From positions 4,532 through 68,531 of the IMG/VR virus record IMGVR_UViG_3300049733_000058: a stretch of 64,000 bases of DNA. The stretch is one strand, 5' to 3'. This document shows positions 55,241-64,000 of the stretch, one piece after another (positions within the stretch are counted from its first letter, which is position 1; every line of letters starts with the position of its first letter). The notes under the pieces are model-generated. The model was not told the DNA's origin, ran no database searches, and saw nothing but the letters and a program-made list of their open reading frames with translations. Position numbers and translations under genes: made by a program. This DNA is from a virus.

Positions 55241-55722
55241 CCATTGAGGAATACCTGACAAGGGTCTGGTCGCACTGCAATCAGTTCAAGGAGGAAGGGC
55301 ACTGGTATCGGGAAGTGGTGGAGCCGTGGGCTGTGGGCATTGCCCCGGTCAAGGCCGAGGAGTACGGCATCGAATGCTGGAAGCGGTTGGGGAGCCGGGG
55401 ACTGATGGTGGACATCAGTGCGTGCTACTACCGCTGGCAGCAGTTGATGACGAACGGGAAGGATGGCGAGAACCTGGACAATGCCCTGGTGGATATGTTC
55501 GGATACAGCGCCATCTACTGCATCTGCCTGGCGCACGAGCACCACATGCCTACCGGGCACTACCCGCAGATCAACCAGTTTGCCCACCGTTCGGCATGGT
55601 CCCTGAACGAGTGGCTCATCGAACATGTGTGGGACCACCCCGTACAGAACCACCGGGTGCTGACTGCCAGTCGTCAGGTGGCGGTGCAGTTGGCTCGCAA
55701 CGCATGGAGGGAATATCACTGA
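55237..55722 (+). CDS. all-alpha nucleotide-modification-associated protein (DUF1599-like)
   Basis: KAEEYG...ENLDNALVDMFGYS. Confidence 0.55.
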   Translation: MTIEEYLTRVWSHCNQFKEEGHWYREVVEPWAVGIAPVKAEEYGIECWKRLGSRGLMVDISACYYRWQQLMTNGKDGENLDNALVDMFGYSAIYCICLAHEHHMPTGHYPQINQFAHRSAWSLNEWLIEHVWDHPVQNHRVLTASRQVAVQLARNAWREYH

Positions 55723-55865
55723 TGGCCATGTTCATCGTACCCGTCTGCGTGTGTTTCCACCCGCTGGATGCGCACGACGCCAAGACCAATGAATGCATGC
55801 TGCATGGTTGCAGTTGCCCCCGGTTCGAAGCAAGCGGACAAGTGCAGAAGGTGGAAGCCAGTTGA
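55722..55865 (+). CDS. small Cys/His-rich protein
   Basis: CVCFHPLDAH...C...GCSCPRF. Confidence 0.6.
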   Translation: MAMFIVPVCVCFHPLDAHDAKTNECMLHGCSCPRFEASGQVQKVEAS

Positions 55866-58800
55866 AGTTTGTTTCACTACATCATCACAGCACGTATTCG
55901 TTCTTGGACGGGTACGCACTGCCAGAGGCTCATGTCCGGAGGGCGGCTGAACTGGGCATGAGCGCTCTGGCGCTGACCGAGCACGGGAACATCTCCAGCC
56001 ACGTCCCGCTGGAGCAAGCCGCCGTCAAGGAAGAAGTCAAGCCGATCTTCGGGTGTGAGTTGTACACGGGGCCGGTGGACGAGGAACACAGAGGGCAGCG
56101 CAAGAACCACTTGACAATTCTAGCGGAGACACAGGATGGGTATAGAAATCTACTACGACTTGTTTCCAGAGGTTGGGCAGAGGGTTTCTACTACGAGCCC
56201 ACTGTTTCGGGCGGAATGCTTACGGACCACGCCAAGGGCCTCGTTGTTCTCAGCGGCTGCCAGGGTTCTTTACTGGCAACTAGCCTTCTCGGTGGAAAGA
56301 ACGTTACAGAAGCAGATGCATCTTACGCACGAGCGAAACGTGTGGCCGGGAGGTTCAAGAGAGTTCTGGGCGACAGTTTCTATCTGGAGGTACAGGCTTT
56401 TCCTGAACTGGAGAAGTCGCGGCAAATCAATCAGGCGTACGAACGCCTCGGCAAGGAACTGAAGATCCCGCTGGTGGTGACCGGCGACGTGCACTACACC
56501 CAGCCGTCCGAGGCAGAAATGCAGCAGATCCTCCACAACGTGCGGGGCGGCGGCAAGAAGACCATGGAACAGCAAGCCAGGGAGTGGGGGTACGACGTCC
56601 CCCTGTGCCACCCGCTCACTGACCAATCCGTCTACGAACGACTCCGAGCGTGCGGGCTTACCAAGCGGGCAGCCGAGCAAGCCATCTACGCCACGGCAGA
56701 AATCGCAGAAAGGTGCAATGTCAAACTGCCTAAACTCGATCCGTTGCGATACCCAGGTGAGGAACCCAGCGAACTTCTCTGGCGTAGATGGCTGGATGAA
56801 GGATGGCGCTACCGCGGTATCCATACTCTTAGTCCTCGTACTCGTGCTCGATATCGTGGTCGTCTGCGTTACGAGATGGAGATCATTGAAGGCAAGGCGG
56901 GATTCATCGAGTACTTCCTCGTGGTCAGTGACATTGTCAAGTTCGCTAAGGATCACGGGATCCCGGTCGGTCCCGCCCGAGGTAGCGCTGCTGCGAGCCT
57001 TGTCTGCTATTTGTTGCGGATCACCGAGGTTGACCCGCTCCTATTTCCTAACCTCGTCTTCGAACGGTTCATTGACACGACTCGTCACGATCTCCCCGAC
57101 ATCGACCTTGACTTTGATGGTGACCGACGAGGAGAGATCCGCGAATACGCTCAAGCAAAGTACGGAGACGAGTGCGTGGGTAACATTGGAACTGTTACCA
57201 ATTACAAGAGCAAACTTGCTCTCGACGATGTGGCTCGCGTCTACCGCATCCCAAGTTGGGAAGTCGACCGAGTCAAGGAACTCCTGATAGAACGCAGCAG
57301 CGGTGACCTGCGGGCCAGTGCCACCATTGAGGACACTGCCGAGTACTTCCCGCAGGCCGCTGCCGTGTTTGAGGAGTTTCCCAACCTGCGCAAAGCCATG
57401 GATATCGAAGGCAACTACAAGGGGCTGGGGATGCATGCTGCTGGACTGGTGGTGGCTAGTCAACCGTTGACCGATGCCTGCGCCATCTACACCCGTGAGG
57501 TGCCCAAGGGTTCCGGCAACTGGGTGGAGGTCATCAGCGCCGATAAGTACGACGCCGAATACCTGAACATATTGAAGATAGACGCACTAGCACTGGACAC
57601 CATGGGCATGCTGGGCATCGCCTGTGGCATGTGCGACATGAACCTGGAGGACTTGTATGCCATCCCGCTTGACGACCCAGAGACTCTCCGAGGGTTTGAG
57701 GAGAATGACGTCGTCGGTATCTTTCAGTTCGATGGAAGAGCCCAACGAAACGTTTCAGCAGAACTGGGTACTAAGAATTTTGACGAGATCGCTGACGTAT
57801 GCGCACTGGCTCGACCAGGACCCCTACATAGCGGGGCGACGGCTGAGTATATTGAAGTCGCCCGAGGTCGGAAGCAGCCGAGACATCTTCACCCTCTACT
57901 GGACAACATCACAAAGAACACGCACTATCAGATTGTCTACCAAGAGCAGATACTTCGCATTGTTATGGAAATCGGGGGCTTCGACTGGACCCACGCTGCC
58001 TACATCCGGAAGATCATCAGCAAGAAAATCGGAGAGCAAGAGTTCAACCGGCAGTGGGGCCGTTTTTGGGAAGGGGCGCAGGCCCGAGGCATCAGTGAAG
58101 CCGTAGCCAAGGAGATCTGGAACGCATGCATCACAGCGGGGTCGTACGCCTTCAACAACGCCCACACCGTCAGTTACGGAATGATTGCCTACTGGACGAT
58201 GTGGTTCAAGCGTCACCACACCCAGGAGTTCTACGTGGCAGCACTGACCAAGTACGGCCACAAGGAGAACAAGTACAAGCAGAAGAAGCATGTGGAACTA
58301 CTGCGAGACGCAGCCAAGCATGGCCTGTACGTGGAACCCCCGGAGATCGGATTGAGCGGGCCGTCGTGGCAACCGTGCGGTGCTGACGCCATGGGCCTGC
58401 GGGCGGGCCTGACGCAGATCCCCCGTATTGGCGACAAGGTCGCCAAGAAGATTCTGGCGTGGCGGGAGTCCAAGGACACATTTGACATCGGCGGGTGGTA
58501 CGACCTCACTGAGATTCCCGGCATTGGCGACAAGATGGTGGAGAGCATCATTGACTTCGTCGGGAAGGAAGACCCGTTCGACATCTACGCCCTTGAGAGG
58601 TCAATAGCCAAGGTGAAGAAGGAGATTGAGAATGGAGAGTTGGGGCCGGTACCTGTCCCGACACACACAGCCCTGGAAGTGCCGTACTCCCAAGGGCGGG
58701 ATGAGGAGATCGTCTGGCTCGGTCAGGTCATTCACCGCAACCTACGGGACTTGTTCGAACTTCACTACTCGAGAACGGGTGAGACGCTGGACCCCAAGGA

Positions 58801-59032
58801 CGTCCGGGATCCAGGACTGAAAGACTGGGTCGTCATGCTTGGGCAGGATGGCGACGAGTTGCTTAGTATTACGGTGGACCGCTGGCGCTACCCCAAGTTC
58901 AAGCGGGCAGCCTGGGGTCTGCACCTCAACAAAGATCTCGTACTTGTACGGGGAATCAAGAAGGGCAACCAGAGCCGTAGAGCCATCTACGTCTCGAACA
59001 TGTGGGTCATAGACCCAGAAGGAGCACAGTGA
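55862..59032 (+). CDS. dnaE: DNA polymerase III alpha subunit
   Basis: PHP motifs LHHHSTYSFLDG and ALTEHG; GPARGSAAAS, PDIDLDF, LKIDAL, YAFN; TTG start at 55862. Confidence 0.97.
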   Translation: MKFVSLHHHSTYSFLDGYALPEAHVRRAAELGMSALALTEHGNISSHVPLEQAAVKEEVKPIFGCELYTGPVDEEHRGQRKNHLTILAETQDGYRNLLRLVSRGWAEGFYYEPTVSGGMLTDHAKGLVVLSGCQGSLLATSLLGGKNVTEADASYARAKRVAGRFKRVLGDSFYLEVQAFPELEKSRQINQAYERLGKELKIPLVVTGDVHYTQPSEAEMQQILHNVRGGGKKTMEQQAREWGYDVPLCHPLTDQSVYERLRACGLTKRAAEQAIYATAEIAERCNVKLPKLDPLRYPGEEPSELLWRRWLDEGWRYRGIHTLSPRTRARYRGRLRYEMEIIEGKAGFIEYFLVVSDIVKFAKDHGIPVGPARGSAAASLVCYLLRITEVDPLLFPNLVFERFIDTTRHDLPDIDLDFDGDRRGEIREYAQAKYGDECVGNIGTVTNYKSKLALDDVARVYRIPSWEVDRVKELLIERSSGDLRASATIEDTAEYFPQAAAVFEEFPNLRKAMDIEGNYKGLGMHAAGLVVASQPLTDACAIYTREVPKGSGNWVEVISADKYDAEYLNILKIDALALDTMGMLGIACGMCDMNLEDLYAIPLDDPETLRGFEENDVVGIFQFDGRAQRNVSAELGTKNFDEIADVCALARPGPLHSGATAEYIEVARGRKQPRHLHPLLDNITKNTHYQIVYQEQILRIVMEIGGFDWTHAAYIRKIISKKIGEQEFNRQWGRFWEGAQARGISEAVAKEIWNACITAGSYAFNNAHTVSYGMIAYWTMWFKRHHTQEFYVAALTKYGHKENKYKQKKHVELLRDAAKHGLYVEPPEIGLSGPSWQPCGADAMGLRAGLTQIPRIGDKVAKKILAWRESKDTFDIGGWYDLTEIPGIGDKMVESIIDFVGKEDPFDIYALERSIAKVKKEIENGELGPVPVPTHTALEVPYSQGRDEEIVWLGQVIHRNLRDLFELHYSRTGETLDPKDVRDPGLKDWVVMLGQDGDELLSITVDRWRYPKFKRAAWGLHLNKDLVLVRGIKKGNQSRRAIYVSNMWVIDPEGAQ

Positions 59033-59349
59033 ACAGAACAGAAATGGCACAGTACATCGCCAACCAGACGGGGCACCCCCGCAGCGAAGTGCTGGACATC
59101 ATCTCGGCCATGCAGGAAGTGGTCACCGACACCCTGCGCAACGGGGAGACGGTGGTGCTGACGGGCTTCTGCAAGTTCGCCAAGCAGGACGTCCCGGCCA
59201 AGAAGGCACGCAAGGGCATCAATCCGTTTACCCAGGAACCCACCACCTTCAAGGCCAAGCCCGCCACGGTCAAGGTGAAGATCACACCCCTGAAGAAGAT
59301 CAAGGAAGACGTGGCTCGCAAGGGTCGCACCCGCAAGGCGATTCACTGA
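59029..59349 (+). CDS. HU/IHF-family histone-like DNA-binding protein
   Basis: VNRTEM...VVLTGFCKF...ARKGINPFTQE...KVKITP. Confidence 0.93.
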   Translation: MNRTEMAQYIANQTGHPRSEVLDIISAMQEVVTDTLRNGETVVLTGFCKFAKQDVPAKKARKGINPFTQEPTTFKAKPATVKVKITPLKKIKEDVARKGRTRKAIH

Positions 59350-59352
59350 CCT

Positions 59353-59403
59353 GGTGGGGCTAGGGGGACGACCCGCATCAGGAAACGAAACCCTGGCCCC
59401 ACC
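59353..59403 (+). promoter_or_regulatory. 13-bp stem hairpin between HU and thyX
   Basis: ggtggggctaggg / ccctggccccacc. Confidence 0.4.
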
Positions 59404-59424
59404 ACCTACATCCACAGGAGCGAC

Positions 59425-60414
59425 ATGAGCAATCTTGAAAAGTACGTGGACAAGGCCATGTTCCCGGCAGCCCCGATGGAAAGCACGACGCCGCAGGTTC
59501 ACATCATCTGGATGACGCCGGACCCACTGGGCGCCATCGCTGCTGCCTGCAAGATGTACGAAGGCAAGCCGGTCAAGCACTTGTCGGAAGTAACCGACAA
59601 TGACCGCTGGCACTACTGGGAGCAGGTGCAGGAGACCCACCTAAAGGCACCGCTGGAGTTCGTACAAATCCACTTCTTCATTGAGGGGGTGACCCGTGCG
59701 TTCACACACCAACACGTCCGCCAGCGCACTGCGGTCTATGCTCAGGAGTCACTGCGATTCGCAGTCAAGGAAGATCTTGCGGCAGAGGTCAGATATCCTC
59801 CTAGCCTGCTTGATCCTGCTCTCAGTCCTTCCGAGCGCAATATTCGACAGCAAGCCTGGGACGAAACCATCGAGTCCATCCAGCGGGGGTACCAAGGGCT
59901 CATCGCCAATGGCGTGCCCGCTGAGGACGCCCGAGGGTTGCTGCCGCACGCCGTCACGACGAGGCTGCACTACCGCACCGATCTTCGGAACCTGATTGAC
60001 CACGCTGGCAATCGTCTGTGCACCCAAGCCCAGTTTGAATGGAAAGAAGTGTTCATGGGCAAGGAGGGGCTGATCGAAGCCATCCGGAACTACCAGCCGG
60101 ACTGGTCCTGGTGCAACGGCCTGCCCCAGTACGGGATGGACAGCAACATCGGTGTCCGGAACGTGGTGGACATGTGGAACGAGATGTTCCGCTGGCAGTA
60201 CCAGAAGATCACCGACGACGTGTTTGTCCCAGTGTGTTACCAGTTGGGCCACTGCCCTTTCCAGGCAGACTTCGACCGTGGCTGCACCATCCGGCCACGA
60301 GTGGAATCCTTCGCTGCCAAGGGTGTGCCCAGCGAACGGTGGGAGACTTCGGAGATCCACCCCATCAAGCGTGAGGAATGGCTGGCCGACCCCAAGGCTG
60401 GCTGGGTGGCCTAG
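59425..60414 (+). CDS. thyX: ThyX-like flavin-dependent thymidylate synthase
   Basis: GVTRAFTHQHVRQR...QESLRF, EDARGLLP, RLCTQAQFEW. Confidence 0.85.
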   Translation: MSNLEKYVDKAMFPAAPMESTTPQVHIIWMTPDPLGAIAAACKMYEGKPVKHLSEVTDNDRWHYWEQVQETHLKAPLEFVQIHFFIEGVTRAFTHQHVRQRTAVYAQESLRFAVKEDLAAEVRYPPSLLDPALSPSERNIRQQAWDETIESIQRGYQGLIANGVPAEDARGLLPHAVTTRLHYRTDLRNLIDHAGNRLCTQAQFEWKEVFMGKEGLIEAIRNYQPDWSWCNGLPQYGMDSNIGVRNVVDMWNEMFRWQYQKITDDVFVPVCYQLGHCPFQADFDRGCTIRPRVESFAAKGVPSERWETSEIHPIKREEWLADPKAGWVA

Positions 60415-60528
60415 CGGTTTACCAGGCAGCCCACGAAAACGCTGGGGCGCCGTTACCGCTGGGAGTGGTGCCCAGCACTGCCCCCGGACTATGCCACCCT
60501 TAGCGGAGTTCAAGTACGGGCAAAGCGG

Positions 60529-60714
60529 TCATTTGGTGTCATCGCCGTCTTTGCCATTTCCCTTGAGACGGCTGCCCACCGAGACGCCCATCAGGGCCAG
60601 TCCGGCGACGATCAACCCATTGTTGGGGATCTCCGGACCAAGGGCCTCCCCGATGATGAGCCCAGCGCCAAGCACAAACATCAAATCCGTGCGCTTGACG
60701 CTGGGCATCTTCAT
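60529..60714 (-). CDS. small two-TM membrane protein (holin/antiholin-like)
   Basis: Two hydrophobic helices, charged C-terminus, after endolysin. Confidence 0.6.
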   Translation of the reverse strand: MKMPSVKRTDLMFVLGAGLIIGEALGPEIPNNGLIVAGLALMGVSVGSRLKGNGKDGDDTK

Positions 60715-60717
60715 CTC

Positions 60718-61512
60718 TCAAGCCTTGTACTGGCTGGCGAATTCCACGCCGATCTGAGCCTTGGTGCTGGCCTTCAATGCGGCCATGGTAGCGGCATCCA
60801 CCTTGCGCACCGGGAACCCACCGAACTGGTAGCCGATGTAGTTCAACTCGTCCAGCGGTAGGCCGTAGGCCCGAGGCTGTCCCATGACGCTGAACTGCAC
60901 CAGCCCGCCGATGCCGTGGCAGTACTCCACCCGGCCATCGATCAGATCACTGAACACGCCCCACATGTCTCCTCCATCTTCTTCGACAGCCTGAGTGGGC
61001 GTGTCGAGTCGTGAGCGGCGGTCGATCTCCGCCACCATCGGAATGAAGTTCTCCCCGCAGCAGGCCGTAGCCCACTGCGTCCCTGCGGTCCACCATGTGT
61101 GCGGCATGACGATGCTGCCCTGCGTGGCGAACCCGTTGTCTCGGCACCACTTGATCTCCCGAGCGAAGGCGTTGATCAGTTCCTCTGTCGGGAAATGGTT
61201 GAACGGTGGGTGGAAGTATCCGATGGCACACATGGCGATCGTGTGACCGTTGTGTCCACCGGTGGCTGCACCCATGGCCCCGTAGGGCCGAGCCTCGGCA
61301 GTGGCTCCACCGATGAACCCCATGGTGTGATATGCCAAGGCGTTGTAACCAGAGGCGATCTCACCACGTTCGATCATGCGGAGCACTGCCGGATCGTAGT
61401 TCCATGGGCAGGCAGCACTGGCGGTGTGGTGGATAGCGAAGCCGTCGGCCACTCCCATCCGAGGGAAGTAGGCGACAACGTCACTCCACTCGTAGCGGGG
61501 GTGGTCAGCCAT
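60718..61512 (-). CDS. endolysin, N-acetylmuramoyl-L-alanine amidase (Amidase_2)
   Basis: IHHTA, LAYH, GAATGGHN, MPH...TACCG. Confidence 0.9.
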   Translation of the reverse strand: MADHPRYEWSDVVAYFPRMGVADGFAIHHTASAACPWNYDPAVLRMIERGEIASGYNALAYHTMGFIGGATAEARPYGAMGAATGGHNGHTIAMCAIGYFHPPFNHFPTEELINAFAREIKWCRDNGFATQGSIVMPHTWWTAGTQWATACCGENFIPMVAEIDRRSRLDTPTQAVEEDGGDMWGVFSDLIDGRVEYCHGIGGLVQFSVMGQPRAYGLPLDELNYIGYQFGGFPVRKVDAATMAALKASTKAQIGVEFASQYKA

Positions 61513-62024
61513 CAGTCGATCGCAATGATCAGGACGCCGATGGCGATGGCCACCAGTGAGATGACGGCGATGACGTACAGGAGTGTCATATCGACGACAC
61601 CTTGTTCGCCACCGAGGGCTTTGGCCGTTGCCGGGTCAACCACCGTGGGCTCCTTGTGGAAAGCGTCCTGCGGTTCGACATTGCTGTAGCGCTGCAAGTC
61701 GCTGGGCGTGTACTTCTCCTCGTGGTTCTGACCGAAGTCGCTGGCAGCCTTCACGACCCGTTGGGTCAGGGCAGCACCACCGGCGATGAAGATCGCAGCC
61801 ACAATCTTACTGGCCCAACTCAGCGTGTCCAGGCTCTTCTCCCCCAGAAACTGGTCCTTCGCCCAGTCCGTTTCCGCTACTAGGAACACCGCTGCGAACG
61901 AGATCACCAGGGCTGCCAGCACCTTGAACCACTGCTGGTTCTCCAGGTTGTCCGGCGCCACCCCCTTCGCCATCTCCGTCAGGCCGTACACCACTCCCAT
62001 CAGGATCAGTGCGTTGACTGTCAT
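61512..62024 (-). CDS. holin-like membrane protein
   Basis: 3-4 hydrophobic helices; GGAGGAGG RBS before ATG at 62024. Confidence 0.7.
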   Translation of the reverse strand: MTVNALILMGVVYGLTEMAKGVAPDNLENQQWFKVLAALVISFAAVFLVAETDWAKDQFLGEKSLDTLSWASKIVAAIFIAGGAALTQRVVKAASDFGQNHEEKYTPSDLQRYSNVEPQDAFHKEPTVVDPATAKALGGEQGVVDMTLLYVIAVISLVAIAIGVLIIAID

Positions 62025-62151
62025 TTCTTGCCTCCTCCAGTTCACGCTGTAGTGCCATGATCTGCGCTTGTGCGAAGACCAGATCTTCGGTTGTCTGCGC
62101 CAGGCGGTCTCGGTACACCTGCATGAGATCGCTGACTTGAAGGGTGCTCAT
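61807..62151 (-). CDS. short coiled-coil protein with long out-of-frame overlap into holin
   Basis: ATGA-coupled start; N-terminal 45 aa heptad-like. Confidence 0.5.
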   Translation of the reverse strand: MSTLQVSDLMQVYRDRLAQTTEDLVFAQAQIMALQRELEEARNDSQRTDPDGSGVRPDGDGEGGGAGQPGEPAVVQGAGSPGDLVRSGVPSSGNGLGEGPVSGGEEPGHAELGQ

Positions 62152-62414
62152 TTCTCCACCTTCTCTATCTCCTTCTGTACATTCTTCAGGGCTTGGTCCA
62201 ACTGGCCTAGCACATCTTTGGCCTCTCCGATGGCAGTTTCCAATGGGGCCACGAGTTCTGCACCCATCTGCCCTGCGGTCACCCTGTTCTGGATGTCCGT
62301 CAGGGTAGCCTCGGCCTGTTCGGTAACGGCCTGCAAGTTGACGATCTGTGTTTGCGCTACTTGTTCCAACTGTCTCAACTGTTGGGCCAAAAGCGGATCT
62401 GTTTCTGTGGTCAT
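62148..62414 (-). CDS. coiled-coil hypothetical protein
   Basis: MTTETDPLLAQQL...; start re-called to 62414. Confidence 0.65.
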   Translation of the reverse strand: MTTETDPLLAQQLRQLEQVAQTQIVNLQAVTEQAEATLTDIQNRVTAGQMGAELVAPLETAIGEAKDVLGQLDQALKNVQKEIEKVEK

Positions 62415-64000
62415 GGTGAGCACTCCATCACTGAGAGGTAGTAGGACGAGTTGCCATCGGTGTTGACCGTCTGCGTGCTGGTTGCCCACAGGATACGGAA
62501 TGTGTAGTCCCACGGTGGCCCACCGGCAATCGTGTTGAAGTAGATGTCCTTCATGCCGTGGATGTTTCCTGGGGTGCCGGTGTTGATAAACGTCCGGGCG
62601 ATGGTGTGGTACGTCACCAGGTCGTCCACACCAAGTTCAACTGCTGCGCCAAGTCCACCCGTGATGAAGACGTTGTTCATCCCGGCTCTGATCAACAAGT
62701 GCGATTCTGTATGGCGTTTGCGAATGGCGACTCTACACTGGTTGGCAGGCTCGGCGGGCAGGGTGCTGGTGGTGCTGTTACTGGCGGCGATTACGGTGGT
62801 GCATTCCTCGTGCACCATGCCGACCGTCGTGGAAGTGGTATCGTAGAAGTATTGACGATCAGCGGTCACTGTGAAAATGCGCTCGTCGCTAGAGTCGATC
62901 CCGGCGCTTTGCAGGGACATCGTGGCGGCGGTTGCTGCGGTGCCACCTGAGGGGTAGCCGGAGTAGAAGTTCAGAATCTTACGGTCTACGTCCTGGCCGT
63001 TGAGGCTGTTGGTAGCGTAGATCTGGCTGGCGGCTTCACCGTCGGTGCCGTTGTACATCAGGATCTGCGGCACGATGTCGCTGTACACCGAGACCCGAGG
63101 CGCACCGCTGGGGCCGGTCTCAATATCCGTGAAGATGGTGCTGCTGGCGAACAGCCTGATGTCGTCCACCCGGTGCTGCTCGTTGGTGGCCGGAACTTCG
63201 ATGGCGATCAGTACGCTGGCGAACCGAGCGTTGGCCGAAAGCGGGCCAGCACTAGAAACCTGCACGCCCCGCCAGTGATTGACGTAGTCGTCGTACTCCG
63301 CCGAATAAGTGTTGATCAAGGCGCCGGAGGCGTCGTAGATTCTCAGGTCAATGCGACACTTGCGAGAGGTGACAGCAGACCGGAAGAAAGCATTCACCGA
63401 ATATGACACGCTGGGCTGTACAGCGAACCCGCTGGTGCCGGTCGGCGTGTGCATGGACATATCAGTGCCACCGGTGGTGCATTGCAGGTTGAAGGCAGCC
63501 ACCCCTGCCCTGAACTGACCGGCGGTGGTGGTGCGGGTGAGCGTGCAGTTGGTGGCGGTCCAGCCAGTGGTGTTGGTTTCAGCGCCAGGGTTCGTGATCA
63601 GGTTGCTGCCGATCACTCCGACCATGGTGCTGCCCTTGACGAACGTACCTTCCACGATGCCTCGAACCAGGACGTTGCCAAACTCAGCGAAGCCGTCAGC
63701 GTTGATCGTCCAACCGGTGACGCCTGCGGTGTAGGTCGTGCTGCGGAGGTACTTCCCGACTTCTAGGTTCAGAGCAGCCAACTTGGCAGCCGTTACAGAA
63801 TCAGCATTGAGTTCGCTGGTGGTGATGGCATTGGCCCCGATCTCGGCAGCGGTCAGTGTGTTCGCTGCGATCTGACCGGCAGTGATCGTATTGGCTGCGA
63901 TATCTCCTGCCTGAATGGTATTGGCGGCAATCTCTGTTGAAGTGATGGTGGCTGCTTGAATTTGTCCTGCCGTGATGGTGTTCGCAGCAATCTGTCCAGA
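62411..64000 (-). CDS. tail fibre / minor tail protein (5' truncated by window)
   Basis: Frame open to 64000; 10-aa repeats (ANTITAGQIA, ANTIQAGDIA, ANTLTAAEIG); GWTINADG.AEF; CBM-like NLITNPGAE domain. Confidence 0.85.
   Translation of the reverse strand, partial: SGQIAANTITAGQIQAATITSTEIAANTIQAGDIAANTITAGQIAANTLTAAEIGANAITTSELNADSVTAAKLAALNLEVGKYLRSTTYTAGVTGWTINADGFAEFGNVLVRGIVEGTFVKGSTMVGVIGSNLITNPGAETNTTGWTATNCTLTRTTTAGQFRAGVAAFNLQCTTGGTDMSMHTPTGTSGFAVQPSVSYSVNAFFRSAVTSRKCRIDLRIYDASGALINTYSAEYDDYVNHWRGVQVSSAGPLSANARFASVLIAIEVPATNEQHRVDDIRLFASSTIFTDIETGPSGAPRVSVYSDIVPQILMYNGTDGEAASQIYATNSLNGQDVDRKILNFYSGYPSGGTAATAATMSLQSAGIDSSDERIFTVTADRQYFYDTTSTTVGMVHEECTTVIAASNSTTSTLPAEPANQCRVAIRKRHTESHLLIRAGMNNVFITGGLGAAVELGVDDLVTYHTIARTFINTGTPGNIHGMKDIYFNTIAGGPPWDYTFRILWATSTQTVNTDGNSSYYLSVMECSP

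Noticed and set aside
40966-56956. Long - strand ORFs opposite early and replication genes (40966-42177, 50676-51866 and others)
   Set aside because: Shadow frames of well-supported + strand genes
55862-59032. Intein or intron in DnaE, terminase or primase
   Set aside because: Lengths are normal, frames are uninterrupted and no splice motifs were seen
59353-59403. Hammerhead ribozyme suggested by GACGA...GAAA
   Set aside because: The CUGANGA core and third stem are missing
60411-60528. RNA gene at the convergence of thyX and lysis genes
   Set aside because: Only imperfect hairpins; more simply a bidirectional termination region

Overview
The window is most of a tailed dsDNA phage genome with siphovirus-like organisation. 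The host is probably an actinobacterium (high GC, AGAAAGG-type ribosome-binding sites, an Rpf domain, actinophage-like gene order). The assembly looks circularly permuted. The minus-strand arm at 1-27258 carries tape measure, frameshifting tail chaperones, tail tube, connectors, a 1694-aa MuF-like fusion with protease and ADP-ribosyltransferase-like motifs, capsid, scaffold, portal, terminase, a repeat-rich fibre module with a methyltransferase, and small basic proteins. The plus-strand arm at 27528-60414 carries RuvC, about 45 small early or accessory genes (PadR-like, SET domain, SLOG, MazG, stand-alone Rpf, DUF2786, HTH), then SNF2 helicase, Cas4-like nuclease, AAA ATPase, SSB-SAP, primase-helicase, a nucleotide/sugar enzyme cluster, DnaE, HU and ThyX. 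Lysis and tail-fibre genes follow on the minus strand at 60529-64000. No integrase, tRNA or CRISPR array was recognised. The most striking unannotated signal is regulatory. About nine early promoters share a -35 / GAAC-N3-GTTC / -10 architecture. Twelve early genes share a non-canonical GAAAGGTAG ribosome-binding motif. A structured intergenic RNA at about 36466-36579 carries the exact antisense of that motif, suggesting a phage-encoded anti-RBS RNA switch or sRNA. All family assignments come from motif recognition by eye, not database searches.
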